Shown here: piece after piece, positions 55,734-64,000 of the stretch
Layout of the letters: each line of letters starts with the position of its first letter
Position numbering within the stretch: position 1 is the first letter of the stretch
Origin: an uncultured Candidatus Rokubacteria bacterium
GTDB lineage: Bacteria > Methylomirabilota > Methylomirabilia > Rokubacteriales > DASRDR01
Length of the DNA: 64,000 nucleotides
NCBI GenBank assembly: GCA_963826115.1
Contig: CAWGVS010000012.1
Coordinates: forward strand, 32,001 to 96,000
Reading direction: 5' to 3'
Notes under the pieces: generated by a model
What the model saw: only the letters and a program-made list of their open reading frames with translations
What the model was told of the DNA's origin: nothing
Database searches by the model: none
Translations under genes and position numbers: made by a program

Positions 55734-57424
55734 TCCGTCTTCTCCTTCCAGGTCCGGAGCACCTCGCGGCGGCTCGCCTCGTCCCACTCGGGCGCGAGCG
55801 CCCGCCACTTGTGCTGCCCCTCGCGCCGACCGCGCGCGAACTCGGCCCGGCACTGCCGCTCGGCCCAGCCCTCGCGCATCACGGAGAGGCGGAGCGCGCC
55901 CAGCCGGCGGGACCGCCGCTTCGCCGCGTACTCGACGTTGACGTGGCCCAGCGCCTCGTCGACCGCTCGCGCGAACGCCTCCACGCCGATGTCGTCGAGT
56001 CCGGCCCCGCGCGGCTCGACGAGGAGGTCGTAGCGGCACGCGTCGACGTCGGGAATCATCCGGAGCTGCCAGAGCTCGACGCCGGTCGCGGCCTCGGCCG
56101 CCCGGACCGCCGTCTGCACGTGATTCAGATGGAGCTTCTCGCCGGTGAGGCTCGTCATGTCGCGGCCCTTCCGGACGAAGGCCAGGAGGGGCGTCCGGCG
56201 GTGGAAGCCCCGGACCTCGACGACGTCGTTCAGGTCATAGCGATAGAGCCCGCCGTCCGTGGTGAGCATCACACCGTAGCGGCGGCCCAACTCCAGCTCG
56301 TGCGCGAGGACGATCGGCGGATCGGCCCGGTCCATCGCCTCCTCCGGGACGAACTCGTAGAAGGCCGACTCGACGGCCAGGACGCCGGCCGCCGTGCCGT
56401 CGGCGAGCGGCACGGTCACGCGCCCCTCGCTCGCGACCAGCCCGAGGTCGCGCCGCGGCGCGGGGCCGTAGTCGGCGTCGAGCCGCTCCGCGTGGCGCCC
56501 CGCGTGTCCCCCGAGCCAGCAGCCGACGAGGGCGAGGTCGGGCCAGGCGTCCCCGAGATGGAGCGCTCCGCGCGCGCGGGCCGCCGCGGTCAGGGCGCGC
56601 GCCCGGACGGGATCGGCGCGCAACGCGGCGCCGAGCGCCCGGCGGACAGCCCGGGTGTCCCACCCCGGCTCCGCGTGGACGGTGGGCCACGGGATCCCGA
56701 GCGTGCCGTCGTGGATCGCGCGGAGGAGCGTGTCGGTCTGCTCCCGCGCGAGCGCCGCGAGCCGGAGGAGCGTCGTCGGGTTCGGCGTCCCGATCGTGGA
56801 GACGGATCGCGCGAGAGCCAGGCGCAGGAGGACGAAGGCGCGCGCGTCATGGTCGACGATCAGGTGCGCGGCGTAGGGCGCGGCCTGACCTCGCCGGGCC
56901 AGGAACGGCAACCGCCGCTGGAGCAGACCGGACATCGCGCCGAACGGCACTCCCCCGGGTGTCGCCCCCTCGACCGCTGGGCTCACGACCGTCAGGAGCG
57001 CGCCGTCGAGCAACGCCGGGTGGTCCCGGGCCGCCCAGGCCAGCCAGAGGCGGACGAGGGCCGCCATGCGGGCGAGCCCGGAGGCGGTCACCGGCACCAG
57101 CTTGGGCTCGGCCGTGGTCCCGCTGGTCGTCGCGAAGGCGACCACCGGCTCGGCGGTGAGCACCGCCGGCTCGCCGGCCACGATGCGGCCGACGTACGGT
57201 CGGACACCCTCGTAGTCCCGCACCGGGACGGCGTGGCGGTAGGCGGCCGCGTCCGGAATCGCGGCGAAGCCGTGCTCCCGCCCGAAGGCGGTGCCCGCGT
57301 TCCGCGCGAGGAGCGCCCGCAGCACCTTCGCCTGGGCCTCCGCCGGCCGCGCGGTCGCCCGCTCGAAGTGGGTGGCGTGCGGCCAGGTCGCCGCGCGGAG
57401 CCCGGCCGCCAGGAGCGCGCCCAT
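55730..57424 (-). CDS. GH3-family acyl acid amido synthetase
   Basis: AFGREHGF, VPVRDYE, TTSGTTAEPK, ASEG, FYEFVP, GGLYRYDLND, TGEKL. Confidence 0.88.
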   Translation of the reverse strand: MGALLAAGLRAATWPHATHFERATARPAEAQAKVLRALLARNAGTAFGREHGFAAIPDAAAYRHAVPVRDYEGVRPYVGRIVAGEPAVLTAEPVVAFATTSGTTAEPKLVPVTASGLARMAALVRLWLAWAARDHPALLDGALLTVVSPAVEGATPGGVPFGAMSGLLQRRLPFLARRGQAAPYAAHLIVDHDARAFVLLRLALARSVSTIGTPNPTTLLRLAALAREQTDTLLRAIHDGTLGIPWPTVHAEPGWDTRAVRRALGAALRADPVRARALTAAARARGALHLGDAWPDLALVGCWLGGHAGRHAERLDADYGPAPRRDLGLVASEGRVTVPLADGTAAGVLAVESAFYEFVPEEAMDRADPPIVLAHELELGRRYGVMLTTDGGLYRYDLNDVVEVRGFHRRTPLLAFVRKGRDMTSLTGEKLHLNHVQTAVRAAEAATGVELWQLRMIPDVDACRYDLLVEPRGAGLDDIGVEAFARAVDEALGHVNVEYAAKRRSRRLGALRLSVMREGWAERQCRAEFARGRREGQHKWRALAPEWDEASRREVLRTWKEKTE

Positions 57425-58566
57425 CAGGCCGCCAGCTCGACCACGGCCCGGGCGTGGCGCCGCAGCCGATCGACGCGCACCCTGACGCCCCAGCCCGGCC
57501 CCGAGAGGAGCGGGGCCTCGCCCCCATGTCCGAACCGGAGCCCGTCGTCCGTCACGTCCTCGACGAGCAAGAGCGTGCCGTACGACCCTTCCACGAAGAC
57601 AACGCGCTCGAGTCCGGCCGCCAGGTGCCGGCCGGCGGCCGCGAGGATCGCGGTCTCGCCGACGTGGCTGCCGACCTGGACCTCGAGCCCGGCCGCCGCG
57701 GCGCGCCGCGCGATCGCCACCGAGCGCGCGAAGCCGCCGCACTTCGAGACGCGCACGTTGATCGCGTCGACGGCGCCGGTCGCGATGAGAGCGTCCACGT
57801 CGGCCAGCGTCACCGCGGATTCGTCCGCCACCAGCGGCAGCGGGCTGTCCACGCGCACGCGCGCCATGGTCTCCGGGCAGCCGGGGGCGATCGGCTGCTC
57901 GACGCTCGCCACGCCGCACCGGGCCAGCGCGTCGAGCGCCGGACGCGCCTCGGCCGGGCTCCAGGCGCCGTTGGCGTCCACCCGGATCGTCGCGTCGGGT
58001 CCCAGGGCCGCGCGGACCGCGCGGACCCGGGCCACATCGTCGCCGATCCCGACCTTGACCTTCACCTGTCGGAGTCCCGCCAGCCGGGCCCAGCGAGCCT
58101 GGCGCGCCGCCTCGGCGGGCGTCCCGGCGCTGATCGCGCCGCCGTAGACGACGGCGCGCCGGCGAGGCGGCAGGAGGACGCTCGCGGAGCGACGACGGCG
58201 CCGAAGGGCCCAGTCGACGATGGCCAGCTCGAGCGCGGCGCGCGCCGCGTGGTGACGACCCGCGGCCGGCGCGCTGTCGGGCACGAGGCCCGGGACGACC
58301 TCGAGGGCCTCGGGGCTCTCGAGGTCGGGCGCCGCGAGCCCGGCGACCGCGGGCCAGAGGACCCGGGCGAGGTGCGCCACGACGTCCTCGGGCGTCTCCC
58401 CCGTCACGTACGGCCGCGGCGCCGCCTCGCCGAAGCCCTCGACCCCGTCCGCGTCCTGGACGCGGACGACGACCGAGTCGCTCCAGGCCCGCCCGGCGAG
58501 ACTGTGGCGGACCGTCGTGAGAAACGGGATGCGGAGCCGGTACACCGTGGCGCTCACGAGCCGCAT
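57424..58566 (-). CDS. Enolase superfamily enzyme, MLE/dipeptide-epimerase subgroup
   Basis: GFGEAAP, KVKVG, VDANGAW, VEQP, ADES, SKCGG. Confidence 0.88.
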   Translation of the reverse strand: MRLVSATVYRLRIPFLTTVRHSLAGRAWSDSVVVRVQDADGVEGFGEAAPRPYVTGETPEDVVAHLARVLWPAVAGLAAPDLESPEALEVVPGLVPDSAPAAGRHHAARAALELAIVDWALRRRRRSASVLLPPRRRAVVYGGAISAGTPAEAARQARWARLAGLRQVKVKVGIGDDVARVRAVRAALGPDATIRVDANGAWSPAEARPALDALARCGVASVEQPIAPGCPETMARVRVDSPLPLVADESAVTLADVDALIATGAVDAINVRVSKCGGFARSVAIARRAAAAGLEVQVGSHVGETAILAAAGRHLAAGLERVVFVEGSYGTLLLVEDVTDDGLRFGHGGEAPLLSGPGWGVRVRVDRLRRHARAVVELAA

Positions 58567-59249
58567 GGCGCGCCCTCCCCTTCCGTCAGCGCGAGCGTCT
58601 CCTCCCGGAAGTACCGCCGGAGGAACACGTTCTCGCGGAGCGTCATCTCGACGATCGCGAGCCCGTCCTCGTCGGCGAGCCCGTAGTAGCGGGCATAGGT
58701 CTCGAGGTCCTCGAGACCCTCGGCGGCGTGCTGGACGTCGACGTCGGCGTGCTCGGTCCACCAGCGGAGCGTCGTCGGGCCGAGCCCGCGGTGGGCCGCC
58801 AGGAAGGCGGCGACAGGGCCGGCCAGCCGCGCCAGCATGTACTCGAACGCCACCACCTCGCAGAAGGCCGCGAGCCCGACCTCGCCCAGGGTCCGGTAGA
58901 GCACGGGCTCGACGACGACGCGGCGGATGTCGTCGGCGGCCTGCGCCTCCAGCTCGGGGAGTCGCGGGCCCAGCCCCGCCCCGACGGCGAGCTGCCGGAG
59001 GAGTCCCGGGTGATGGAGCTCCTCCAGGAGGTTGCGGAGCCGGCTCTCGCTGGATGCCGGCGCCGCCACCGCGCAGAGGAAGGCCACATACTCGGTCGCC
59101 TTGAGGTGCGTCCGCACGACGTCGGCGACGAACCGGTCGTAGTAGCGGGGCGCCGCGGCGCCCGTCTCGAGCGCGCGGAACGGGCGCGACGCGGCCAGCT
59201 CCGCCACCTGAGTCTCCAGAATCGCCTCGATGCGGTCACGCAGGCTCAT
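58554..59249 (-). CDS. Heme-oxygenase-like diiron enzyme (HDO; CADD/PqqC-like fold)
   Basis: NLLEELHH, E..AFE, WWTEHADVDVQH metal-ligand pattern; helical sequence. Confidence 0.72.
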   Translation of the reverse strand: MSLRDRIEAILETQVAELAASRPFRALETGAAAPRYYDRFVADVVRTHLKATEYVAFLCAVAAPASSESRLRNLLEELHHPGLLRQLAVGAGLGPRLPELEAQAADDIRRVVVEPVLYRTLGEVGLAAFCEVVAFEYMLARLAGPVAAFLAAHRGLGPTTLRWWTEHADVDVQHAAEGLEDLETYARYYGLADEDGLAIVEMTLRENVFLRRYFREETLALTEGEGAPCGS

Positions 59250-59261
59250 GCCGGTCCCTCC

Positions 59262-59849
59262 TCACGCGATGGCGAAGATGCGGTACGCGAGCCAGCCGAG
59301 CGCCGCGCCCGCCGGCAGGTCGACGATGTAGTGCTGCTTGGTGAAGAGGCACGAGAGCGCGATCAGCGCGGGGAACGCGAAGGCCCACGCGCCGAGGTGG
59401 GGCTGGAGGTAGAGCGCGGTCAAGGTCGCGACCGAGGTGTGCATGCTCGGGAAGCTGTTGGAGCGGGCGTCGATCCGCTGGACGAAGGCCAGGAACCGCT
59501 CCGACCACGTCCGGCCGCCGTTGAGCGTCCGCCACGCCTCGGGGGTCGCGACGGGGAACACGATGAAGCACGCCATCTGCATGGCCAGAAGCCCGAGAAA
59601 GCTGAGCGCGAGGTACACGAAGTCGCGGGACGACTCGAGCACCCAGTTCGTGTACAGGACGCCCGGCCAGTAGAAGAAGCCGTAGATCCAGGCCCACGCC
59701 GGCCAGAAGGGGATGCGGTCGTCGAGCGGAAGCCGGAGCTCCCGCACGGGCCGCAGCGGGTTCCGCTGGCACCAGAAGTAGAACTGGTACCCGCCGACGA
59801 TCAGGATCGTCCCCAGGAGGAGGTGCACGGCGAAGTCCGTCATGGTCAT
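59262..59849 (-). CDS. PAP2-superfamily membrane protein (Aur1/IPC-synthase-like subgroup)
   Basis: LDDRIPF, NSFPSMH, TKQHYIVD. Confidence 0.85.
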   Translation of the reverse strand: MTMTDFAVHLLLGTILIVGGYQFYFWCQRNPLRPVRELRLPLDDRIPFWPAWAWIYGFFYWPGVLYTNWVLESSRDFVYLALSFLGLLAMQMACFIVFPVATPEAWRTLNGGRTWSERFLAFVQRIDARSNSFPSMHTSVATLTALYLQPHLGAWAFAFPALIALSCLFTKQHYIVDLPAGAALGWLAYRIFAIA

Positions 59850-59861
59850 CTCGGTCCTCCC

Positions 59862-61013
59862 TCACTGCGATCGGCGCGGCTCGGGGTGACGGTGCGCGAG
59901 GCCCGACGCGTCCTGGGCAAGGGCCCGGCCCAGGAGCAGGAACCCCGCGAAGGCGGTCAGATAGGTCGTCGAGAAGCGCCAGAGCAGGTTGTAGTAGGGC
60001 GCGATCGTGGCGGGCACGATGTCGGCCATGATCGAGAGCGAGGCGCTCTCGGCGATGCCGGCGCCCCCGGGCGTCGGCGCGAAGAAGACCAGGAAGATGA
60101 GCGCCATCTGGGCCTCGACGATCTGCCGCACGGTCCCGCCCTCGACCCCGAGGAAGCGGGCGCAGAGGTACGGCGTCAGCGCCCGAGCGAGAAGGAAGAC
60201 CACGCTGAGGAGGCAAACCGCCACGAGGGAGGCCCGGCCATGCCGGAGGAACCGCCGGACGTCGTCGCGGTAGGCGTAGAGGAGGTCCACCAGGCGCGCC
60301 GTCCGCGCGTCCATCCGGTCGACCGCCGGCGAGAGCGCGGGCGCGCCGGGCGGGCGCCAGTCGCGGAGGGCCGCGGGCCGCCCCACGAGCCGCCAGACCG
60401 CGCGCGACAGCGCGGCCAGCACGCGGCGGCAGAGATCCGGCCACGTCGCCCCGACGAGGAGCATCGCGGCGATGGCGGTGAGCGCCCAGACCGGCGCGAG
60501 GAAGAGGAGGCCGCTCGCGGCGATCCCGGAGATGAGGAGCGAGTAGAGCCCCAGCAGGAGGAGCCCGATCAGCGTGCCCATGAAGGACAGGAGCGTCGCC
60601 GTGAGGCCGGTCCCGACGGGGACGCCCCCGCCCCGCTTCAGCATGTAGATCTGCCCGGGGCCGCCCCCGGACTGCGACGGCGTCAGGAGGGCGACGGCGA
60701 CGTTCGCGAACTCGGACTGGAGGCACACCCAGAACGACACGCCGGGATGGAGGACGCGGCAGATGAGCCAGACGCGCGCAGCCGACGCGAGGCTCTCGAT
60801 CGGCAGGACGAGGAGCAGCGGGAGGAAGTAGCGCCAGTGGAGGTCGGCGAGCCGCGGCGCGGGGACGCCCGACGCGCGTCCGAACAGCCAGCCGAACACT
60901 CCCACGGTCAGGCCCAGGAAGGCGAGCCCGCCCAGGAGGAGCCGGCCTCGCGACATCGCCGGCATGGTCGACATCTCTCGCTGGTCCATGACCGCCACCC
61001 CAGTCGTGCTCAT
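59862..61013 (-). CDS. Lysylphosphatidylglycerol synthase TM-domain (flippase-like) protein
   Basis: LTPSQSGGGP, PTPGGAGIAE, LLWRFSTTYL; strong RBS. Confidence 0.85.
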   Translation of the reverse strand: MSTTGVAVMDQREMSTMPAMSRGRLLLGGLAFLGLTVGVFGWLFGRASGVPAPRLADLHWRYFLPLLLVLPIESLASAARVWLICRVLHPGVSFWVCLQSEFANVAVALLTPSQSGGGPGQIYMLKRGGGVPVGTGLTATLLSFMGTLIGLLLLGLYSLLISGIAASGLLFLAPVWALTAIAAMLLVGATWPDLCRRVLAALSRAVWRLVGRPAALRDWRPPGAPALSPAVDRMDARTARLVDLLYAYRDDVRRFLRHGRASLVAVCLLSVVFLLARALTPYLCARFLGVEGGTVRQIVEAQMALIFLVFFAPTPGGAGIAESASLSIMADIVPATIAPYYNLLWRFSTTYLTAFAGFLLLGRALAQDASGLAHRHPEPRRSQ

Positions 61014-61061
61014 CGCCCCTCCCTTGCGCCGGCTGTGCCGTCACGCATGCACCCAGGTGGG

Positions 61062-61076
61062 GCAATCGGGGTGCCA
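61062..61076 (-). promoter_or_regulatory. sigma54 (-24/-12) promoter of the six-gene operon
   Basis: TGGCAC-CCCGA-TTGC on minus strand; GG-N10-GC spacing exact. Confidence 0.85.
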
Positions 61077-61201
61077 TGACAAAAGTGTCAACTATAACAA
61101 GGCGTTACGGTCGTGGTCCACGATCACCCACTGACTCCACCGGGTGTGGCGGCGGCAATGGTGGGTGAAACTTCGCCACCCCCGGAGTAGGATGGGCCCC
61201 C

Positions 61202-64000
61202 ATGGCCACCCCGCGCCTGGCCGAGCTACTCGGGGACAGCCCGGGGATGCGCGCCCTCCGGGAGACGGCGACGCGACTGCTACAGCGGCAGTCAGAGCGC
61301 GACCGGTCGCCGTCGGGCGGCGGGCCGCCGCCGGCGGGCCGCCTGCCACCGGTGCTGATCCAGGGCGAGACGGGGGTCGGCAAGGGGCTACTCGCGCGAG
61401 CCCTCCACCGCGCGGGGCCGCGGGCGGCCGGGCCCTTCGTCGACGTGAACTGCGCGGCGATTCCCGAGACCCTGCTCGAGGCCGAGCTCTTCGGCTACGA
61501 GCGCGGCGCGTTCACGGACGCGCGACATCCGAAGGCCGGTCTCTTCCAGACCGCGAACCACGGCACGATCTTCCTCGACGAGGTGGGCCTCCTCCCGGAG
61601 GCGCTCCAGGCCAAGCTCCTGAAGGCGCTCGAGGACCGCGCCGTGCGTCGGCTCGGGAGCACCCGGACCGAGCCGATCGACGTCTGGATCCTCACGGCCA
61701 GCAACGAAGACCTGGCGGCGGCCATGCGCGCCCGGCGGTTCCGCGAGGACCTCTATCACCGGCTCGCGGTGATGGTGCTCGGCATCCCGCCGCTGCGGGA
61801 GCGAGGCGAGGACATCGTTCGCCTCGCGACCCACTTCCTCGGCCGCGCGTGTGCGGAGTACCGCCTGCCCTCGCGCACCCTCACGCCCGAGGCACGGGCG
61901 GCCCTCCTCGCCTACCCGTGGCCCGGGAACGTGCGCGAGGTGGCGAACGTGATGGAGCGGGTTGCGCTCCTGTCCGATGCGCCGGTGGTGACCGCGGAGC
62001 TCCTCGGATTGCCGGGGGCTCCCTCGCCGCCGGGCGCGGCCGTTCCGGGGGAAGCGCCGGACGCCGGGGACGCGGGATCGGCGGCGCTCGCCGACGCGCT
62101 CGGGAGCGTGGAGCGGGTGCATCTGATGGAGGCGCTTCGCCAGACGGGGGACAACGTCACGCGGGCCGCCGCGCGTCTCGGAATCTCGCGGGACACGCTC
62201 CGATATCGCATGGCCAAGCACGGCATGAGTCGTGAGGCTCCCGCGCGCCCGGCGGCGGCGCGGAGCCGGTCCGCCCGCGTCGAGCCGCCGGCCGCGGCCG
62301 GCGGGCGGGCCGTGCCCGCGGGCGCGGCCGCCAGGGATACCGGGGCGGGGCCCACCACCGAGGGAGGCGGGCCACTGGCCGTGCGGTGGGAAGGCCGGCG
62401 CCTCGCGTTCCTCCGGAGCGCGCTCGTTCTGCCGGTCGACGCCGATCCCGGATGGAGCCCGAGCCGCGGGCTCGAGACGCTGGTCGAGAAGATCCAGACC
62501 TTCGGCGGCGCGATCGAGGAGATGAGCCCGACGGGCATCGTCGCGACCTTCGGGCTCGAGCCGATCGAAGACGCCCCGCAGCGCGCCGCCCTCGCCGCGA
62601 CGGCGGTGCACAAGGCCGCGGAGCGGGCGGGAGGCGGCGATGGCGCGGCGGTCGGCGTGCGCTCGGGGATCGCCTTCCGGCGCGTCCTCGTCGGGACCTC
62701 GCGCAGCGGGATCCAGATCGATCTGGACGGCAAGCGCGAGGCCTGGGCGGTGCTCGACGCACTCCTCGGCGCCGCCGAGCCCGGCGCCATCCTCGTCGAG
62801 GAGGCCGCGGCAACCCTCCTCTCCCGCCACTTCGACCTCGTGCCGGTCGGCAGCGCCCGCGCGGGCGGCCCGGTCCACCGCCTGGCCACCGAGCGGCGGG
62901 GCCCGAGCGCCGGACGGCGGCCTCCGACGTTCGTGGGGCGCGGACGCGAGCTCGGGCTCCTCTGGAGCCGGCTCGAGGACGCGCTCCGGGGCCACGGACA
63001 GGTGGTCGGGCTGGTGGGCGAGGCCGGCATCGGGAAGTCGCGCCTGCTGCACGAGTTCCGCGAGCGCGTCCTCGCCGAGCCGGAGCGCCGAGTCACCTAC
63101 CTCGAGGGACGGTGCCACTCGTACGCCCGCGCCGTTCCCTACGTGCCGGTCATGGACGTCCTCCGCGCCAACTTTCGCGTCGCCGAGAGCGACAACCCGG
63201 AGACCACCGCCGAGAAGATCCGCGCGGGGCTGGGCGAGGTGGGCATCGAGACCGCCGCGGCCGTCCCCTACCTCTTCCGCCTCTTCGGGCTCCCGGAAGG
63301 CGCCGACGCGCCCGCCGAGCTCCCCTCGGCCGTCAAGGCCCGCACCTTCGAGGTGCTGCGTCAGCTCATCCTCCTCGGCGCCCGCCGGCGGCCGATCCTC
63401 TTCGTCGTCGAGGACCTCCACTGGATCGACTCCACCTCCGAGGAGTGCTTCACCGCGCTCATGGACAGCGCCGCCAAGGCGTCAGCCATGTGCATCGTGA
63501 CCTACCGGCCGGGCTACCGCGCGCCGTGGATGGACCGCTCGTACGTCACCCAGGTCGCCCTGCCCCCGCTCTCGCGCGAGGAGAGCCTGAGCGTGGTCCG
63601 CTCGATCCGGCGGGCCGACGCCGTGCCCGACCGGATGGCCGAGGTGATCCTGGAGAAGGCGGAAGGCAACCCCTTCTTCCTGGAAGAGCTGTCGCGTGCG
63701 GTCGAGGGCGCGATCGATCTCCCGGCGGGCCCCGCCGTGCCCGACACCATCCAGGAGGTGCTCCTCGCCCGGATCGACCGGCTGGCCGACGAGCCCCGGC
63801 GACTCCTGCAAACGGCCGCCGTCGTCGGGCCGGAGGTGCCGCTCCCGTTGCTCCGCGCCGTGTGGGAGGGGGAGCTCGACGTGCATCTCCGCGAGCTCAT
63901 GCGCCTCGAGTTCCTCTACGCGAAGACCGGCGGCAGCGACCCCCTCTGCGCCTTCACCCACAGCCTCACCCGCGACGTGGCCTACGAGAGCCTGCCGCGC
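61202..64000 (+). CDS. sigma54 enhancer-binding protein fused to Fis HTH, degenerate class III cyclase-like domain and STAND/AAA_16 NTPase (3' truncated by window)
   Basis: Own translation from ATG 61202, open to window end: GETGVGK, VNCAA, GAFTDA, FLDEV, WPGNVRE, AARLGISRDTLRY, FVGR..EL, GEAGIGKS, VEDLHWID, GNPFFLEE. Confidence 0.88.
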   Translation, partial: MATPRLAELLGDSPGMRALRETATRLLQRQSERDRSPSGGGPPPAGRLPPVLIQGETGVGKGLLARALHRAGPRAAGPFVDVNCAAIPETLLEAELFGYERGAFTDARHPKAGLFQTANHGTIFLDEVGLLPEALQAKLLKALEDRAVRRLGSTRTEPIDVWILTASNEDLAAAMRARRFREDLYHRLAVMVLGIPPLRERGEDIVRLATHFLGRACAEYRLPSRTLTPEARAALLAYPWPGNVREVANVMERVALLSDAPVVTAELLGLPGAPSPPGAAVPGEAPDAGDAGSAALADALGSVERVHLMEALRQTGDNVTRAAARLGISRDTLRYRMAKHGMSREAPARPAAARSRSARVEPPAAAGGRAVPAGAAARDTGAGPTTEGGGPLAVRWEGRRLAFLRSALVLPVDADPGWSPSRGLETLVEKIQTFGGAIEEMSPTGIVATFGLEPIEDAPQRAALAATAVHKAAERAGGGDGAAVGVRSGIAFRRVLVGTSRSGIQIDLDGKREAWAVLDALLGAAEPGAILVEEAAATLLSRHFDLVPVGSARAGGPVHRLATERRGPSAGRRPPTFVGRGRELGLLWSRLEDALRGHGQVVGLVGEAGIGKSRLLHEFRERVLAEPERRVTYLEGRCHSYARAVPYVPVMDVLRANFRVAESDNPETTAEKIRAGLGEVGIETAAAVPYLFRLFGLPEGADAPAELPSAVKARTFEVLRQLILLGARRRPILFVVEDLHWIDSTSEECFTALMDSAAKASAMCIVTYRPGYRAPWMDRSYVTQVALPPLSREESLSVVRSIRRADAVPDRMAEVILEKAEGNPFFLEELSRAVEGAIDLPAGPAVPDTIQEVLLARIDRLADEPRRLLQTAAVVGPEVPLPLLRAVWEGELDVHLRELMRLEFLYAKTGGSDPLCAFTHSLTRDVAYESLPR

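Overview
Very GC-rich, gene-dense bacterial window. It is diderm (bamD present), and the gene content resembles Candidatus Rokubacteria/Methylomirabilota, which is an inference. The left part is transport-rich: a Dpp/Opp ABC with an SDR, a TRAP system and a sugar ABC. It is followed by a PRT-IspD-TagF-like trio, gamma-glutamyl enzymes, and a NitT/TauT ABC flanked by two PaaK-like ligases. The middle holds a proteostasis block (RpoD-like sigma, ftsH, dnaJ-like, clpB), a hydantoinase/oxoprolinase-SDR-Rid-MFS operon and pxpABC with a D-glutamate cyclase. The most interesting element is at the right end: a six-gene minus-strand operon (flippase-like, PAP2, heme-oxygenase-like diiron enzyme, enolase-superfamily enzyme, GH3 amido synthetase, ICMT-family methyltransferase). 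It has a consensus sigma54 promoter and lies divergent from a large bEBP-HTH-cyclase-like-STAND NTPase fusion gene that the ORF track omits because it runs off the window. No rRNA, tRNA, CRISPR array or transposase was seen. Several single-base frameshifts look like sequencing errors. All product calls come from motif recognition, not database searches.
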